Assembly: GCA_002170245.2 (NCBI GenBank)
Contig: NHFN02000013.1
Coordinates: forward strand, 698-64,697
DNA: 64,000 bases
From: Gammaproteobacteria bacterium TMED112
GTDB lineage: Bacteria > Pseudomonadota > Gammaproteobacteria > Magnimaribacterales > TMED112
Direction of reading: 5' to 3'
Part shown: one piece after another, positions 47,546 through 58,692 of the stretch
How the letters are laid out: each line of letters starts with the position of its first letter
Numbering within the stretch: the first letter of the stretch is position 1
The notes under the pieces: model-generated
What the model saw: only the letters and a program-made list of their open reading frames with translations
Databases searched by the model: none
What the model was told of the DNA's origin: nothing
Program-made: the position numbers and the translations under genes

Positions 47546-49280
47546 TTTTATTTACTCCAATACTTAAAAAGTCATCTGATCTAAAATCACTTACACCTAT
47601 TAAGTTGTCTTCCTCAAACATTATAGATGACGTTATACCGTTACTGAAGTTATATGTCGATGGTCTTTGATAGAGAATAAAGTCCTTTTCTTGTAGTTTT
47701 TCAATTAATTTATCGTCAAAGAACTCATACATTAGGTGCTCCGGTAACCATTGATGATGATATCTTGGTTTATAAACCGACTCCTCTGGAGATAGACCAA
47801 ATTCATAATAATTTAAAATTACTTGCAAAACTGCTGTAATAATTCGAGAACCTCCCTGAGCACCAGTCACTAAGTAAGGTTTATTATCTTTGAAAACTAT
47901 CGTTGGTGTCATAGAACTTAGTGGTCTTTTAAAAGGTTCTATACGATTTGCATGTGTACCTAAGAGACCAAAGTAATTTGGTTGATTAGGAGAAGCAGAG
48001 AAATCATCCATTTCATTATTCATCAAAATTCCTGTGTCTTTAATAACTATTCCTGATCCAAAAGCAGTATTTAATGTAGTAGTAGTACTCACAATATTTC
48101 CAAAGCTATCGGCAATTGAATAATGTGTTGTGTTTTCCTTAAATTTAAATTTCACTGGATCATAATCCTCGGCATTACTCATTCTTGATAAATTAATGTT
48201 TTTCAATAAATCTTTTGCCTTTTTCTTGTTTAAAAACTCCTCTTCAGGGACTTTATAAAAGTCTGAATCACCCATATGAATCGATCTTAGAGAATAAGCA
48301 ATTTGCATTATTTCACTAATCTTTTGAATATTTTCTACGCTATGAGGATCTGAAAGGTCCAGTTCTAAATGTTCAATCATATTTAACATTAAGGCTAAAA
48401 TAAGACCCCCAGAGGAAGGCAAGGGCATTGTAACAATAGATAAATCTTTATATGCAAACTCTATAGGTAATCTAAATTTAGCTTTGTAGTTCGTTAAATC
48501 AGAAGACGTAATTAAGCCTCCATTTTTTTGCATATCTAAATGAATTTTTTGAGCTGTTGAGCCTTCATAAAAACCAGCTGCACCTTTCTGAGCAATTAAA
48601 TTCAATGTCTTAGCAAGGTCTTTTTGAATCAGTAATTCACCACTTTTAAGTATTGCACCTTCATTAAAAAATATTTCTTTGCCATCAGGGCTTTTATTTA
48701 ATTTATCTTTATAAGACTCAAAAGTTTTACCTAAAGTTTCAGAAATTATAAAGCCATCTTTTGCTAATCTGATAGCAGGCTCTATCAATTGTTTCCATGG
48801 CAATAAACCAAATTTTTGGTGAGCAATATACAATCCGTACACTGTGCCAGGCACACCAGAACTTTGGTATGAGTAAAGTGCTAATTCTCTATCAACCTCT
48901 CCATCTACAATAAACATGTCTTCAGTAGCTTTTGCCGGTGCCATTTCTCTATAATCCAAAGCGTGATTAGTACCAGTACTTTTATCATGAATGACCATAA
49001 ACCCACCCCCACCAATAGGACTAGCTTGTGGTAAAACAACACTGAGTGCAAAAGAGACTGCTACTGAAGCATCAATTGCGTTACCTCCATCTAATAATAT
49101 TTGATTACCAACTTCTGAAGCTATGTAATGTCGAGTAACTACCATTGAATGGTTAGAAGTAATTGTTTTACCTTTAACTATTTCAGAGTTACTTAAAACA
49201 GGAAAAAGAATAGTTAATAAAAATAAAGTTTTTAGAAATTTCTCTACCATAGAAAGGTTCTCTTTTGCGGTCGTTTCCAA
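47538..49280 (-). CDS. ggt: gamma-glutamyltransferase
   Basis: Signal peptide, an autoprocessing-site segment ENTTHYSIAD, and GGSRII near the C-terminus. Confidence 0.9.
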   Translation of the reverse strand: METTAKENLSMVEKFLKTLFLLTILFPVLSNSEIVKGKTITSNHSMVVTRHYIASEVGNQILLDGGNAIDASVAVSFALSVVLPQASPIGGGGFMVIHDKSTGTNHALDYREMAPAKATEDMFIVDGEVDRELALYSYQSSGVPGTVYGLYIAHQKFGLLPWKQLIEPAIRLAKDGFIISETLGKTFESYKDKLNKSPDGKEIFFNEGAILKSGELLIQKDLAKTLNLIAQKGAAGFYEGSTAQKIHLDMQKNGGLITSSDLTNYKAKFRLPIEFAYKDLSIVTMPLPSSGGLILALMLNMIEHLELDLSDPHSVENIQKISEIMQIAYSLRSIHMGDSDFYKVPEEEFLNKKKAKDLLKNINLSRMSNAEDYDPVKFKFKENTTHYSIADSFGNIVSTTTTLNTAFGSGIVIKDTGILMNNEMDDFSASPNQPNYFGLLGTHANRIEPFKRPLSSMTPTIVFKDNKPYLVTGAQGGSRIITAVLQVILNYYEFGLSPEESVYKPRYHHQWLPEHLMYEFFDDKLIEKLQEKDFILYQRPSTYNFSNGITSSIMFEEDNLIGVSDFRSDDFLSIGVNKNE

Positions 49281-50242
49281 TCTAATTCGTAAAGTTTTTT
49301 AAATGAAAAAGCTTTTTCTTCATCAACTATTTTTTTGTTCTTAATGTCAATGCCTGTAAATTCTTTATATTCCGACAGTGTTCTTACACTGCCTAATCCG
49401 TAGATATTTGAGAGCTTCTGATTAATTATTTTTTCTATTCTGTCTTTACTTTTTGCTTGTAGTTTTGTCCATTTAATCGATCTATCTTTATCTTCTTCTG
49501 CACTCCAGTGCATAGGTCTTTTAGCTGTATTTGAATAATCCACATAACAATGAAATAGAGGTATTCTTGGAATATGAAATACATCATAACCATTGGTAAA
49601 TAAACGCAAGGACATTGTAGTTTCCTCACCTTCAAAATATAAGTGTGGATCATACGGCACATCTTCAATCATATTGCTTTCAGAAAATAGAAATCCAGCA
49701 GATATTAAAAATCCTTTATAAATTTCTTTAGATTGAGAAGGTAAGCCCTTTTGCATGGAAAAATATTCATCTTTGAATGATTTTTCACTATCAACAACCA
49801 TCACATGAGTAGAATGATCCTCTTCTTGTAATTTTCTGAAGACTTTTTTTTCAAAATCAACTATTTCAAAACCTCTTGGGTAAGCAGATATTACTGGATT
49901 TTGTGCATATTTTTTTATTGTTTGTATATATTTAATTAAATATTCATCCCAGTCTTTTTCAAATACAGTATGTGAATCTACTTGAAGAAAATACTCTTCA
50001 TCCTGTATTAAAGTTTGAGCATTAGCTCTTGCCCAACATGGGCCTCTAGCATCTTTGGGATCTATATGTATATAAGAGATTTGATCTTTAAGTTTAGTTT
50101 TTGAAAAATCTAATTTAACTTTACATTGATCGATAATTCCAAATCTTAAATTTTCCTTAAATTTAGCGTTTGTAAAGGCGCTATTGATAGTAATAGGTAA
50201 TAATAAATCTTGGTAAGATGCTATTGATATAAATATTTTCAT
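49244..50242 (-). CDS. glycosyltransferase (GlcNAc-transferase-like family)
   Basis: MKIFISIASYQD N-terminus and a QVDSHTVF segment typical of this GT-A group. Tentative. Confidence 0.55.
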   Translation of the reverse strand: MKIFISIASYQDLLLPITINSAFTNAKFKENLRFGIIDQCKVKLDFSKTKLKDQISYIHIDPKDARGPCWARANAQTLIQDEEYFLQVDSHTVFEKDWDEYLIKYIQTIKKYAQNPVISAYPRGFEIVDFEKKVFRKLQEEDHSTHVMVVDSEKSFKDEYFSMQKGLPSQSKEIYKGFLISAGFLFSESNMIEDVPYDPHLYFEGEETTMSLRLFTNGYDVFHIPRIPLFHCYVDYSNTAKRPMHWSAEEDKDRSIKWTKLQAKSKDRIEKIINQKLSNIYGLGSVRTLSEYKEFTGIDIKNKKIVDEEKAFSFKKLYELDWKRPQKRTFLW

Positions 50243-50799
50243 TAGTGTTTTGTTATGATTTCACTGTTTTGTATTTTATCAATATCATACCCAACTTTTC
50301 CTGATATTGATCTCACTAGTTCTTCTGGTTTTTTATTAAAAATAACATCACTCGGTGTATCCAAAATAAGCCAACTATTTTTTGAAGCTTCATGTTCAAG
50401 TTGGCCCGCATCCCAGCCACAATAACCTAATGCTAATCTATAAGAGCCACCAAATGTTCCATTCCCTATAGATTCAATAACGTCAATATTAGACGTTAAA
50501 CACAAACCATCTTGAACTATTAATGATTCTTTATGATCAGATTGATTATGAATGACAAATAATTTGTTCATATCTACAGGACCGCCATTCAATAAATTTT
50601 TTCTCTCTACATCAGCGGTAATCTTCAATGATTTAAATATAATATTTTCACTAATAGGAATAATCTTATTCATTACAATACCTAAAGCACCTTGCTGGTT
50701 ATGTTCAAAAACATAGATTAATGAATCATAGAAATAATCATCCCGATTTTTCTCTTGGAAGTATAAGAATTTGTTCACAAAAAAATTTTCTTCTGACAT
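50242..50799 (-). CDS. YqgE/AlgH family protein (UPF0301)
   Basis: GALGIVMNK, NGGPV, and GYCGWDAGQLEHE motifs. Confidence 0.8.
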   Translation of the reverse strand: MSEENFFVNKFLYFQEKNRDDYFYDSLIYVFEHNQQGALGIVMNKIIPISENIIFKSLKITADVERKNLLNGGPVDMNKLFVIHNQSDHKESLIVQDGLCLTSNIDVIESIGNGTFGGSYRLALGYCGWDAGQLEHEASKNSWLILDTPSDVIFNKKPEELVRSISGKVGYDIDKIQNSEIITKH

Positions 50800-50836
50800 A
50801 ATCTAATCTTAATAAAACATATTATTTTTTTATTAT

Positions 50837-52495
50837 ATGTCTGAACCAAAAATATCTACAAAACAAAATATGTCAGAAGCCTTTTCTGATCTTAGAAAAT
50901 TAAACCCTCTTCTTGAATTGACTGATCGTAAGATCAATGGCACTAATTTTAAAGTATTTCAAAATGCACCTAAAACAATGAGGGATCTTTTTGCAGTTGT
51001 TGAGCTGTTACAAGGAGATTTTCCGTTTATATGTGAAGACGATAAAGAATTGTCATTCTTCGAGACAATGTCAAAAGCTAAAAGTATCTGTAAATTCCTG
51101 CAAGATCAAGGCATTCAACCTAATGATAGAGTTGGAATTTGTATGCAAAATTGCACTGAATGGGCTGTTATATATCTTGCAATAGCGGGTTACGGTGCGA
51201 CTGCAGTACCTTTTAATTCATGGTGGAAAACTGAAGAGCTTGATTATGGTATCGCGCACAGTGAGGTGAAATTAATTTTTGTAGATCTAAAAAGATATGA
51301 ATTAATAAAAAGCCACACAATAAAAAAAGTTGTTACTAAACCTATAGATAACTGTACAACATACGAAGAAATAACCGATACCGAAGAGCAAAATTGGCCA
51401 GAAAACAATGCAGTTGATGAAGATCTTACCGCATTGCTATATACATCAGGTTCAACAGGATTGCCAAAAGGAGTAATGCTAACGCATTTAGCAATAATTA
51501 ACGGATTATTTAGTTTCTATACACTTGGAGAATTAAGGAAAATTGTTCATGAAGAACAACTGCTTGATGTTGAAAATGCATCTGTTCTTATAAATGTACC
51601 TCTATTCCATGTAACAGGCCTGGTTACACAATTCTTACTTTCTATGCTTGCAAAAAGAAAAATAATTATCATGCATAAATGGGACGCTGAATACGCATTA
51701 GATCTTATACAGAAACATAAGGTAACAAATTTAAGTGGTGTGCCTACTCAAAGCTGGGATTTAATGAATCATCCAGATATTGATAAATATGATCTAACTT
51801 CGCTTATAGATATAGGTGCCGGAGGTGCAGCCAGACCAGAAGATCAAGTATTTAATTTACATGAAAAATTTAACGTGCCGATGACATTTGCATGGGGTAT
51901 GACTGAAACGTCAGCTCTAGGCACTATTTTAAGGGGCCAAGATTACTTAAAAAGACCCAATAGTGCTGGGTTGATTGTTCCTGATATAACTGAAATTGGT
52001 ATTATGGATGATGAGAATAATTTCTTAGAAAGCAACTGCGTTGGAGAAATTGTATTTAAATCGCCATCTAACACTATCGGTTATTTAAAGAATGAAGTTG
52101 AAACTAAGAAAACTATTATAAACGGTTGGCTAAAAACTGGTGATCTTGGTTATCTTGATGAAGACGGATATCTATTTATTTTAGATAGAAAAAAAGCACT
52201 AATAATTCGTGGTGGAGAGAACATTTCTTGTCTAGAAGTTGAAAATGCACTCGATAAACATCCTGAAATAATCGAATCATGTGTCTCTGGAATAAAAGAT
52301 GAGAAATTTGGAGAAATAATTGGGGCATATATTTACGCAAAAAGAACTATTAATAAGGAAGATTTAAAAGTATTTCTAAAAGATAAATTAGCAAACTATA
52401 AAATCCCTGAAGTCATAGTTTTTACCGATGATGCATTACCAAGAATTGCTTCTGAAAAAATAGACAGGGTAACTGTGAAGAAGTTACTTTCATAA
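50837..52495 (+). CDS. AMP-dependent acyl-CoA synthetase/ligase
   Basis: LLYTSGSTGLPKGV (AMP-binding motif), WGMTE, TGDLGYLDEDGYLFILDRKK, and GGENI. Confidence 0.9.
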   Translation: MSEPKISTKQNMSEAFSDLRKLNPLLELTDRKINGTNFKVFQNAPKTMRDLFAVVELLQGDFPFICEDDKELSFFETMSKAKSICKFLQDQGIQPNDRVGICMQNCTEWAVIYLAIAGYGATAVPFNSWWKTEELDYGIAHSEVKLIFVDLKRYELIKSHTIKKVVTKPIDNCTTYEEITDTEEQNWPENNAVDEDLTALLYTSGSTGLPKGVMLTHLAIINGLFSFYTLGELRKIVHEEQLLDVENASVLINVPLFHVTGLVTQFLLSMLAKRKIIIMHKWDAEYALDLIQKHKVTNLSGVPTQSWDLMNHPDIDKYDLTSLIDIGAGGAARPEDQVFNLHEKFNVPMTFAWGMTETSALGTILRGQDYLKRPNSAGLIVPDITEIGIMDDENNFLESNCVGEIVFKSPSNTIGYLKNEVETKKTIINGWLKTGDLGYLDEDGYLFILDRKKALIIRGGENISCLEVENALDKHPEIIESCVSGIKDEKFGEIIGAYIYAKRTINKEDLKVFLKDKLANYKIPEVIVFTDDALPRIASEKIDRVTVKKLLS

Positions 52496-52522
52496 CACTA
52501 CAAATTAAAGTAAATTACGAAA

Positions 52523-53203
52523 ATGGCTTATAAAATTTCTATTGTTGAGGATGAACCTGATCTTAAAGACGCACTTACTTATAATTTTGAAAATGAAGGT
52601 TTTATTGTTGAAGCATTCTCAAATGGTGAGTCATTTATAGATTCACTTAATAAAAATAAACCAAATGTAGTCATTCTCGATTTAATGTTACCTAAAATGT
52701 CTGGATTAGATATATGTCGAACGTTAAAGTCAAATGAAAATTACAACAATATTTCTATACTTATGCTTACTGCAAAAAGTGAAGAAATTGATAGGATTAT
52801 TGGTTTTGAATTAGGTGCTGATGATTACGTTACCAAGCCATTTAGTGTACGAGAGCTTATACTTAGAGTTAAGGTACTGTTGAAAAAAGAAGCAGATAAT
52901 TTATCTAATAACCAATTAATAGAATTCGGACCTATCTCAATGAATGTAGACGCACATGAACTAATAGTTGATGGGAAAAACATTTTATTAACAGCTCTTG
53001 AATTTAAGCTCTTAAAACACTTACTAAAAAGAAAAGGTCGTGTGCAGACTAGAGATCAATTACTTGGTGATGTATGGGGGTATAGCTCAGAGGTTACCAC
53101 TAGAACTGTTGATACACATATCAAAAGACTCAGAGAAAAACTTGGTAAGCCTGGAGACCTTATACAAACAATAAGAGGTGTTGGTTACAGGTTTAGTAAT
53201 TAG
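52523..53203 (+). CDS. OmpR/PhoB-family response regulator
   Basis: A receiver domain (VEDE, ILDLMLP, MLTAK..EIDRIIGFELGADDYVTKPF) plus a winged-helix output (RTVDTHIKRLREKL, IQTIRGVGYRF). Confidence 0.9.
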   Translation: MAYKISIVEDEPDLKDALTYNFENEGFIVEAFSNGESFIDSLNKNKPNVVILDLMLPKMSGLDICRTLKSNENYNNISILMLTAKSEEIDRIIGFELGADDYVTKPFSVRELILRVKVLLKKEADNLSNNQLIEFGPISMNVDAHELIVDGKNILLTALEFKLLKHLLKRKGRVQTRDQLLGDVWGYSSEVTTRTVDTHIKRLREKLGKPGDLIQTIRGVGYRFSN

Positions 53204-53208
53204 TTTTA

Positions 53209-54978
53209 ATGTTCAATTTTCTCGCATCAATTAAGATTTCAAGAGTATTTTTATTATCAATTTTATTTCTGACTTTTATCATTTTTATTGTTGTTACCAT
53301 TTTTTCAACATTTATCTATAACAATTCAAGATTACAGCAAGTTGAATCTCTCTACATACAAGCGCAATCTATAAATAAATTATTACCACAATATGATGAA
53401 ACTATTAGTTTTGATGCGTATGTTGATAATTTATCCATACAGGATTCTAAATTTAATGAGCTAAGAGTCACAATAATTGATGAGAATTGGAATGTAATTG
53501 GTGATACATCAGTTGATAGCCAAAATTTATATTTGCTAGATAAACATACACCAGAAACTAGAATTGAAATAGAAGGTGCTTTAAACAATACATATGGTTC
53601 GACTATCAGAACAAGCGAATCAACAGGTTTAGATTTAATTTATGTTGCAATCCTAAGGGACCCTAACAATATAGAGAAAGGCATAGTAAGAGTAGCTTTG
53701 CCATTTGACATATGGGATTCTTTTTTTAATTTTTTTATTTATCCCTTTCTAGTCTTATTCTTTTTAGTAATTGCATCCTCAAGCTTTCTTAGTTTAAATG
53801 TCGAATACACTCTAAGAAGAGATCTAGATACCTTATTAAAAAGTACTCGAAAAGCTATAAAGGGCCAAAATACTTTGGAATTAAATAGTGGGGACAGACA
53901 ATTAAGCATATTATCAGATGCAGTCAAACAAATTGCTCAAAAGCTTAATGAGGAGGTGGAACAAGCTATTAAGCAAAGAACAGAATTTGGAACAGTATTA
54001 GATAGCATGAATCAAGGCGTGTTAATATTTAATAAAAGCCAGAAAGTAAGATTTTCAAACGATATAGCCCTAGAAATGTTTGGTAAGCATCAATTTTTTC
54101 TTAAAGAAAAAATTGCAGTGAAGCAGCTCCTACCTATAAATAAATTACTTAAAAAATTAAAAAAATCTTCATCAGAAGAAATTGAACTTTCAATGGAAGT
54201 TAAAAAGCAAGAGAAACATTTTCTGATTTCTGGTTCAAAAATGGAATCTACAAATGAATATATACTTGTCATAAGTGATATTTCATCTTTAAGAAAGCTC
54301 GAAAATTTAAGAAAAAATTTAATTTCTGATATATCACATGAAATTAAAACACCTGTATCAGTTATTAGAGCAGGATCTGAAACACTTCACTCTGGAAGCA
54401 TAAAGGATCCTGATATTGCTTCAAAGTTTACTAAATCAATATTGGATAATTCAGAAAGGCTAAGTGAAATGATTGAAGATCTTCTAGAACTCGAAAAAAT
54501 TGAATTCGGAGGCCTTGTACTTAAAAGAGAAAAATTAAGTCCACATAAAGAAATTAATAAGATTCTTAGCACTATAGATGCACTTCTTGTAAAGAAAAAA
54601 CTTATTGTTGAAAATTTTATAGCTGAAGATATTCAAATAAAAACAGATAAAGAATCTTTTAGATCTATATTTTCTAACTTATTGAATAATGCAATTAAAT
54701 ATTCTCCAACAGACTCTAAGATTACTTTTAATGCGTTTCTAGAAAAAAACAACATAGTAATAACTATTAAAGATAATGGATATGGAATTGAAAAAAATAG
54801 CATTCAGAGGATTTTCGAAAGATTTTATAGATCTTCAAAAGCTAGAGCACATACAAAGGGAACAGGTCTTGGCCTAGCCCTCGTTAAACAACTATCAACA
54901 AGAATTGGTGCACATGTTGAGGTAAAATCTAAAATTAATATAGGTTCAGAATTCTTTGTTTCATTTCCAGACAAGTAG
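53209..54978 (+). CDS. sensor histidine kinase (PhoR-like architecture with a large periplasmic domain)
   Basis: Two TM segments, a PAS-like region, the H-box SDISHEIKTP, an N-box LLNNAIKYS and the G-box GTGLGLALV. Confidence 0.85.
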   Translation: MFNFLASIKISRVFLLSILFLTFIIFIVVTIFSTFIYNNSRLQQVESLYIQAQSINKLLPQYDETISFDAYVDNLSIQDSKFNELRVTIIDENWNVIGDTSVDSQNLYLLDKHTPETRIEIEGALNNTYGSTIRTSESTGLDLIYVAILRDPNNIEKGIVRVALPFDIWDSFFNFFIYPFLVLFFLVIASSSFLSLNVEYTLRRDLDTLLKSTRKAIKGQNTLELNSGDRQLSILSDAVKQIAQKLNEEVEQAIKQRTEFGTVLDSMNQGVLIFNKSQKVRFSNDIALEMFGKHQFFLKEKIAVKQLLPINKLLKKLKKSSSEEIELSMEVKKQEKHFLISGSKMESTNEYILVISDISSLRKLENLRKNLISDISHEIKTPVSVIRAGSETLHSGSIKDPDIASKFTKSILDNSERLSEMIEDLLELEKIEFGGLVLKREKLSPHKEINKILSTIDALLVKKKLIVENFIAEDIQIKTDKESFRSIFSNLLNNAIKYSPTDSKITFNAFLEKNNIVITIKDNGYGIEKNSIQRIFERFYRSSKARAHTKGTGLGLALVKQLSTRIGAHVEVKSKINIGSEFFVSFPDK

Positions 54979-54990
54979 TAAAATTTATTT

Positions 54991-55425
54991 ATGAATAAAC
55001 AAGATTTAATACGATTCTCTATATTTGCATTACTTTTATTTATTTTATTAATTTTCTACAACAGCATTGGATTTTTATCTTTTACAAATATAAATATTAA
55101 CGATGAACTACCTAAACCACTAGCAACTAAAAAAACTATAGAAACAACAGAAAATATTGGTTCTGTCGAAACAGCCAAAAAATTATCATTAGGTTTTGAA
55201 CTTGTTGGTATAAGAGGAAATAATCCACAAAGCACTATTATTATATTAGATAAAAGCAAATATAAGCTTGTAGAGCAGGGTGAAGAAATTACAAGTCAGT
55301 TAAGCTTTTCTCATGTAGAGGGTTCAAGAGCTTACTTTTTTGATGGTAAAGACTATAGTTTTCTTGATATCATAGGTTCTGAGAAATCTTTCAACCAAGA
55401 CAGAATAGATCTCATCAAAGATTAA
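54991..55425 (+). CDS. gspC: type II secretion system protein C-like (short form)
   Basis: N-terminal TM anchor and a position immediately upstream of gspD. It is only 144 aa, with no visible PDZ-length C-terminal region. Confidence 0.5.
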   Translation: MNKQDLIRFSIFALLLFILLIFYNSIGFLSFTNININDELPKPLATKKTIETTENIGSVETAKKLSLGFELVGIRGNNPQSTIIILDKSKYKLVEQGEEITSQLSFSHVEGSRAYFFDGKDYSFLDIIGSEKSFNQDRIDLIKD

Positions 55426-55429
55426 ATAT

Positions 55430-57247
55430 ATGAAGAAATTAATTTTCACAGCACTATTGTCTCTATCGTTAGCGGGACAGGACCAGAATATCTTTTATAA
55501 AGATGCTGACATAAAAACTTTTGCTCAAGATATTGCACTCTTAACAGACAAAACAATTATTTTAGATCCTCGTGTGAAAGGTGTAATTTCAATCTATTCT
55601 GATGCTCCCTTAGACTCTGAATCAATATGGGAGGTATTCATATCTACAATGGAAGTCCAGGGCTACAATGTACTCAAAGATGGAAACATATATAGGGTTA
55701 TTCCTTCTCAAGAAGGAGTTAAAAACTTTTCAGAAGATGGTCCTTTAGCAGGATCTATAGGTTCTGAAGTTATCAAACTAAGATTTTCAAGTGCTAAAGA
55801 TATTGTAAATGCTGTAAAACCAATAGTTGGTGTTAGGTCATATATAGTTGCTCTACAAAATGATAGAGAAGTTCTTATAGCTGATGATGCTGATAACATT
55901 AAAAGAGTTAGAGATATTATAAGGAATCTTGATTCCGAATTAGATACAAGCATTTCTGATTTTAAATTGAAAAATTTATCCTCTATCGAAGCATTAAGAT
56001 TAATTAATTCTCTAAAATCAGACCCTAATACACGATTCGATAAACTAGCTGTTGCTACTTTTCAAGGGTCTAACAAGCTTATTTTTAGTGGTCCTCTTGA
56101 AATTGTAACTCGAGCAAAAAGACTAATCTCACAATTAGATTTAGATAACAGTCTCAATGAGAACACTAAAGTAATCTATTTAAATTATTCTCAAGCCGAA
56201 GATATTTTAAAAATTTTAAAAGATATATCTGCTTCGTTTAATCAAGAGCAAAATATTGATTACAAAACAGTCATAACTTCTCATGAGGAGACAAATTCTA
56301 TTGTTATCAGGTCAAACCCACAAACTATTAAAACCTTAACTTCAATTGTTGAGCAACTTGATATAAGAAGACCTCAGGTTTTCGTAGAAGCTATAATAGT
56401 TGAAATATCAGATGAATCTGCAAGAGCATTAGGTGTCGATACTATATATTCTGGCGATGCTTCCAATAATACACCAATAGCAATATCTAGATTCCCATCA
56501 ACGACTAGCCCTGATTTACTGTCTCTTGCTATAAGTGCTGATGATGGCTCTGATATTGGAACTGGCGCAGGAGCAGCAGCCTCACTTTTAGGCACAAGAG
56601 GTTTCGTAGCTGGTATTGGCAACTTGGTTGAAGGTGAAGACAATTTTGCAGCTCTACTTTCAGTTTTAAAGGATGATTCAAATTCGAATATCTTGTCAAC
56701 ACCTTCAGCAGTTGTAATGGATAATGAAGAGGCGTCTTTATTAGTTGGACAGGAAATACCTATAACTACTGGAGAATCGTTGGGTTCGAATAATTTAACA
56801 CCTTTTCGTACTACTGCTCGTGAGGAGATAGGGATTAAATTAGAAATTAAACCACAAATTAATGAATCTGACTCTGTTGCGCTTTTTATCAGGCAAGAAG
56901 TTTCAAGTATAGCTGGTTCTCAACTACCAAATTCAACGGATTTAATTACAAACAAAAGAGAAATAGAAACAACTGTACTAGCAGATAATGGTGAAATCTT
57001 AGTTCTTGGAGGTTTAATAAGTGAAGATATTCAAGAATCTGTTAATAAAGTTCCAATTTTAGGTGACCTGCCATTATTAGGGGTATTGTTTAGATCTTCT
57101 GCTAAATCGATTCAAGAGAGAAATTTAATGATTTTTCTGAGACCAACAATATTGCGAGATTCAATCACTACTAAAGACCTTTCAGAAGAAAAATTCAATC
57201 TTATCCGTGCAAAACAGTTACTTAAAGAAGAAGAAAGCAGTAACTAA
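55430..57247 (+). CDS. gspD: type II secretion system secretin
   Basis: Signal peptide, N-domains, and a secretin core (VVMDNEEASLLVGQEIP, VPILGDLPLLGVLFRS). Confidence 0.9.
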   Translation: MKKLIFTALLSLSLAGQDQNIFYKDADIKTFAQDIALLTDKTIILDPRVKGVISIYSDAPLDSESIWEVFISTMEVQGYNVLKDGNIYRVIPSQEGVKNFSEDGPLAGSIGSEVIKLRFSSAKDIVNAVKPIVGVRSYIVALQNDREVLIADDADNIKRVRDIIRNLDSELDTSISDFKLKNLSSIEALRLINSLKSDPNTRFDKLAVATFQGSNKLIFSGPLEIVTRAKRLISQLDLDNSLNENTKVIYLNYSQAEDILKILKDISASFNQEQNIDYKTVITSHEETNSIVIRSNPQTIKTLTSIVEQLDIRRPQVFVEAIIVEISDESARALGVDTIYSGDASNNTPIAISRFPSTTSPDLLSLAISADDGSDIGTGAGAAASLLGTRGFVAGIGNLVEGEDNFAALLSVLKDDSNSNILSTPSAVVMDNEEASLLVGQEIPITTGESLGSNNLTPFRTTAREEIGIKLEIKPQINESDSVALFIRQEVSSIAGSQLPNSTDLITNKREIETTVLADNGEILVLGGLISEDIQESVNKVPILGDLPLLGVLFRSSAKSIQERNLMIFLRPTILRDSITTKDLSEEKFNLIRAKQLLKEEESSN

Positions 57248-57249
57248 AC

Positions 57250-58692
57250 ATGGATTTGCCATTAACTTATAACTTTTGTAAAACTAATAAAATAGCATTG
57301 ATTAATGATGCCAATACGTCGGTTCTTCATACTTGCGGTGCTTTAAAACCAAAAGTTTTATCATCAATTGAAAACTTTCTTTTAGATAACATTACAAAGG
57401 AAAAACATACGGATGATGAATTCGAAAATTTACTCACAGAACTATATACAGAACAATCTGGTGAATATGACTTTTCTAATATCGATGATCTCGAACTGAT
57501 CGATATAGCAAATGCTATTTCGCCTTCTGATGATCTCCTCGATGATAAAAATAAAGGACCAATAATAAAACTTATAAATGCAACAATTACTAAAGCAGTG
57601 AAAGCAAGGGCATCTGATATTCACCTGGAGCCATTTGAGAATAAATTAAGTATTAGATTCAGGGTTGATGGTGTTCTCAGAGAAGTTCTGCAGTATCAAA
57701 AAAATATTACTCAGATGATAATTTCACGAATTAAAATAATGTCTAAATTAGATATTTCTGAAAGAAGACTACCCCAAGACGGTAGAATATCAATTTCTGT
57801 AGGCAAAAGAGATATTGATTTAAGAGTCTCAACTCTTCCTTCCTCATTTGGCGAAAGAGTAGTTTTAAGAATACTTGAGAAGGATAAAACACATATTCAG
57901 TTAGACCAATTAGGTTTTTCTGATGAAATATTAAAGAACTTCCGAACAAACTTAAGCAAGAATGAAGGTATTATTTTAGTTACAGGCCCAACAGGTTCTG
58001 GTAAAACAACGTCACTTTATTCTGGACTTAGAGAAATTTCAGATCGATCACAAAATATATTAACTATTGAAGATCCAGTTGAATATGCACTTGAAGGTAT
58101 CGGTCAAACTCAAGTTAATACCAAAACTGGACTCACATTTGCAAAAGGTTTAAGAGCTATTTTGAGACAAGATCCTGATATTGTAATGGTCGGTGAAATA
58201 AGAGATAAAGAAACTGCTGAAATAGCAATTCAAGCTAGTTTAACTGGTCATTTAGTCTTATCTACTGTTCACACAAATAGTGCTGTTAACGCTATCACTC
58301 GTTTAAGAGATATGGGTATAGAGCCATATTTACTTTCATCAAGTCTTATATACGTTTTGTCCCAAAGGCTCGTTAGAAAATTATGTCCACATTGTAAAAC
58401 TCAAGACGATGAGAATAATAATTTACTGAAAAAATATAAAATGAGTGGATATGCTTATAAGCCAGTTGGTTGTCAAGAGTGTGAGAATACAGGATTTAAG
58501 GGGCGATTGAGTATAGGAGAATATGTAACTATCGATGAGAAGATTAGTGAATTTATACACAACTCTGCATCTGAAAATGAAATTTCTGAATATGTTTATG
58601 CAAATAACAAAAAAATATTTGAAAATGGCCTTCAAGTTGTAGCAAATGGAGAAACATCTATATCAGAGTTAATGCGAGTTATTGAAGATTAA
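57250..58692 (+). CDS. gspE: type II secretion system ATPase
   Basis: Walker A GPTGSGKTT, Asp and His boxes, and a tetracysteine CPHC...CQEC motif. Confidence 0.9.
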   Translation: MDLPLTYNFCKTNKIALINDANTSVLHTCGALKPKVLSSIENFLLDNITKEKHTDDEFENLLTELYTEQSGEYDFSNIDDLELIDIANAISPSDDLLDDKNKGPIIKLINATITKAVKARASDIHLEPFENKLSIRFRVDGVLREVLQYQKNITQMIISRIKIMSKLDISERRLPQDGRISISVGKRDIDLRVSTLPSSFGERVVLRILEKDKTHIQLDQLGFSDEILKNFRTNLSKNEGIILVTGPTGSGKTTSLYSGLREISDRSQNILTIEDPVEYALEGIGQTQVNTKTGLTFAKGLRAILRQDPDIVMVGEIRDKETAEIAIQASLTGHLVLSTVHTNSAVNAITRLRDMGIEPYLLSSSLIYVLSQRLVRKLCPHCKTQDDENNNLLKKYKMSGYAYKPVGCQECENTGFKGRLSIGEYVTIDEKISEFIHNSASENEISEYVYANNKKIFENGLQVVANGETSISELMRVIED

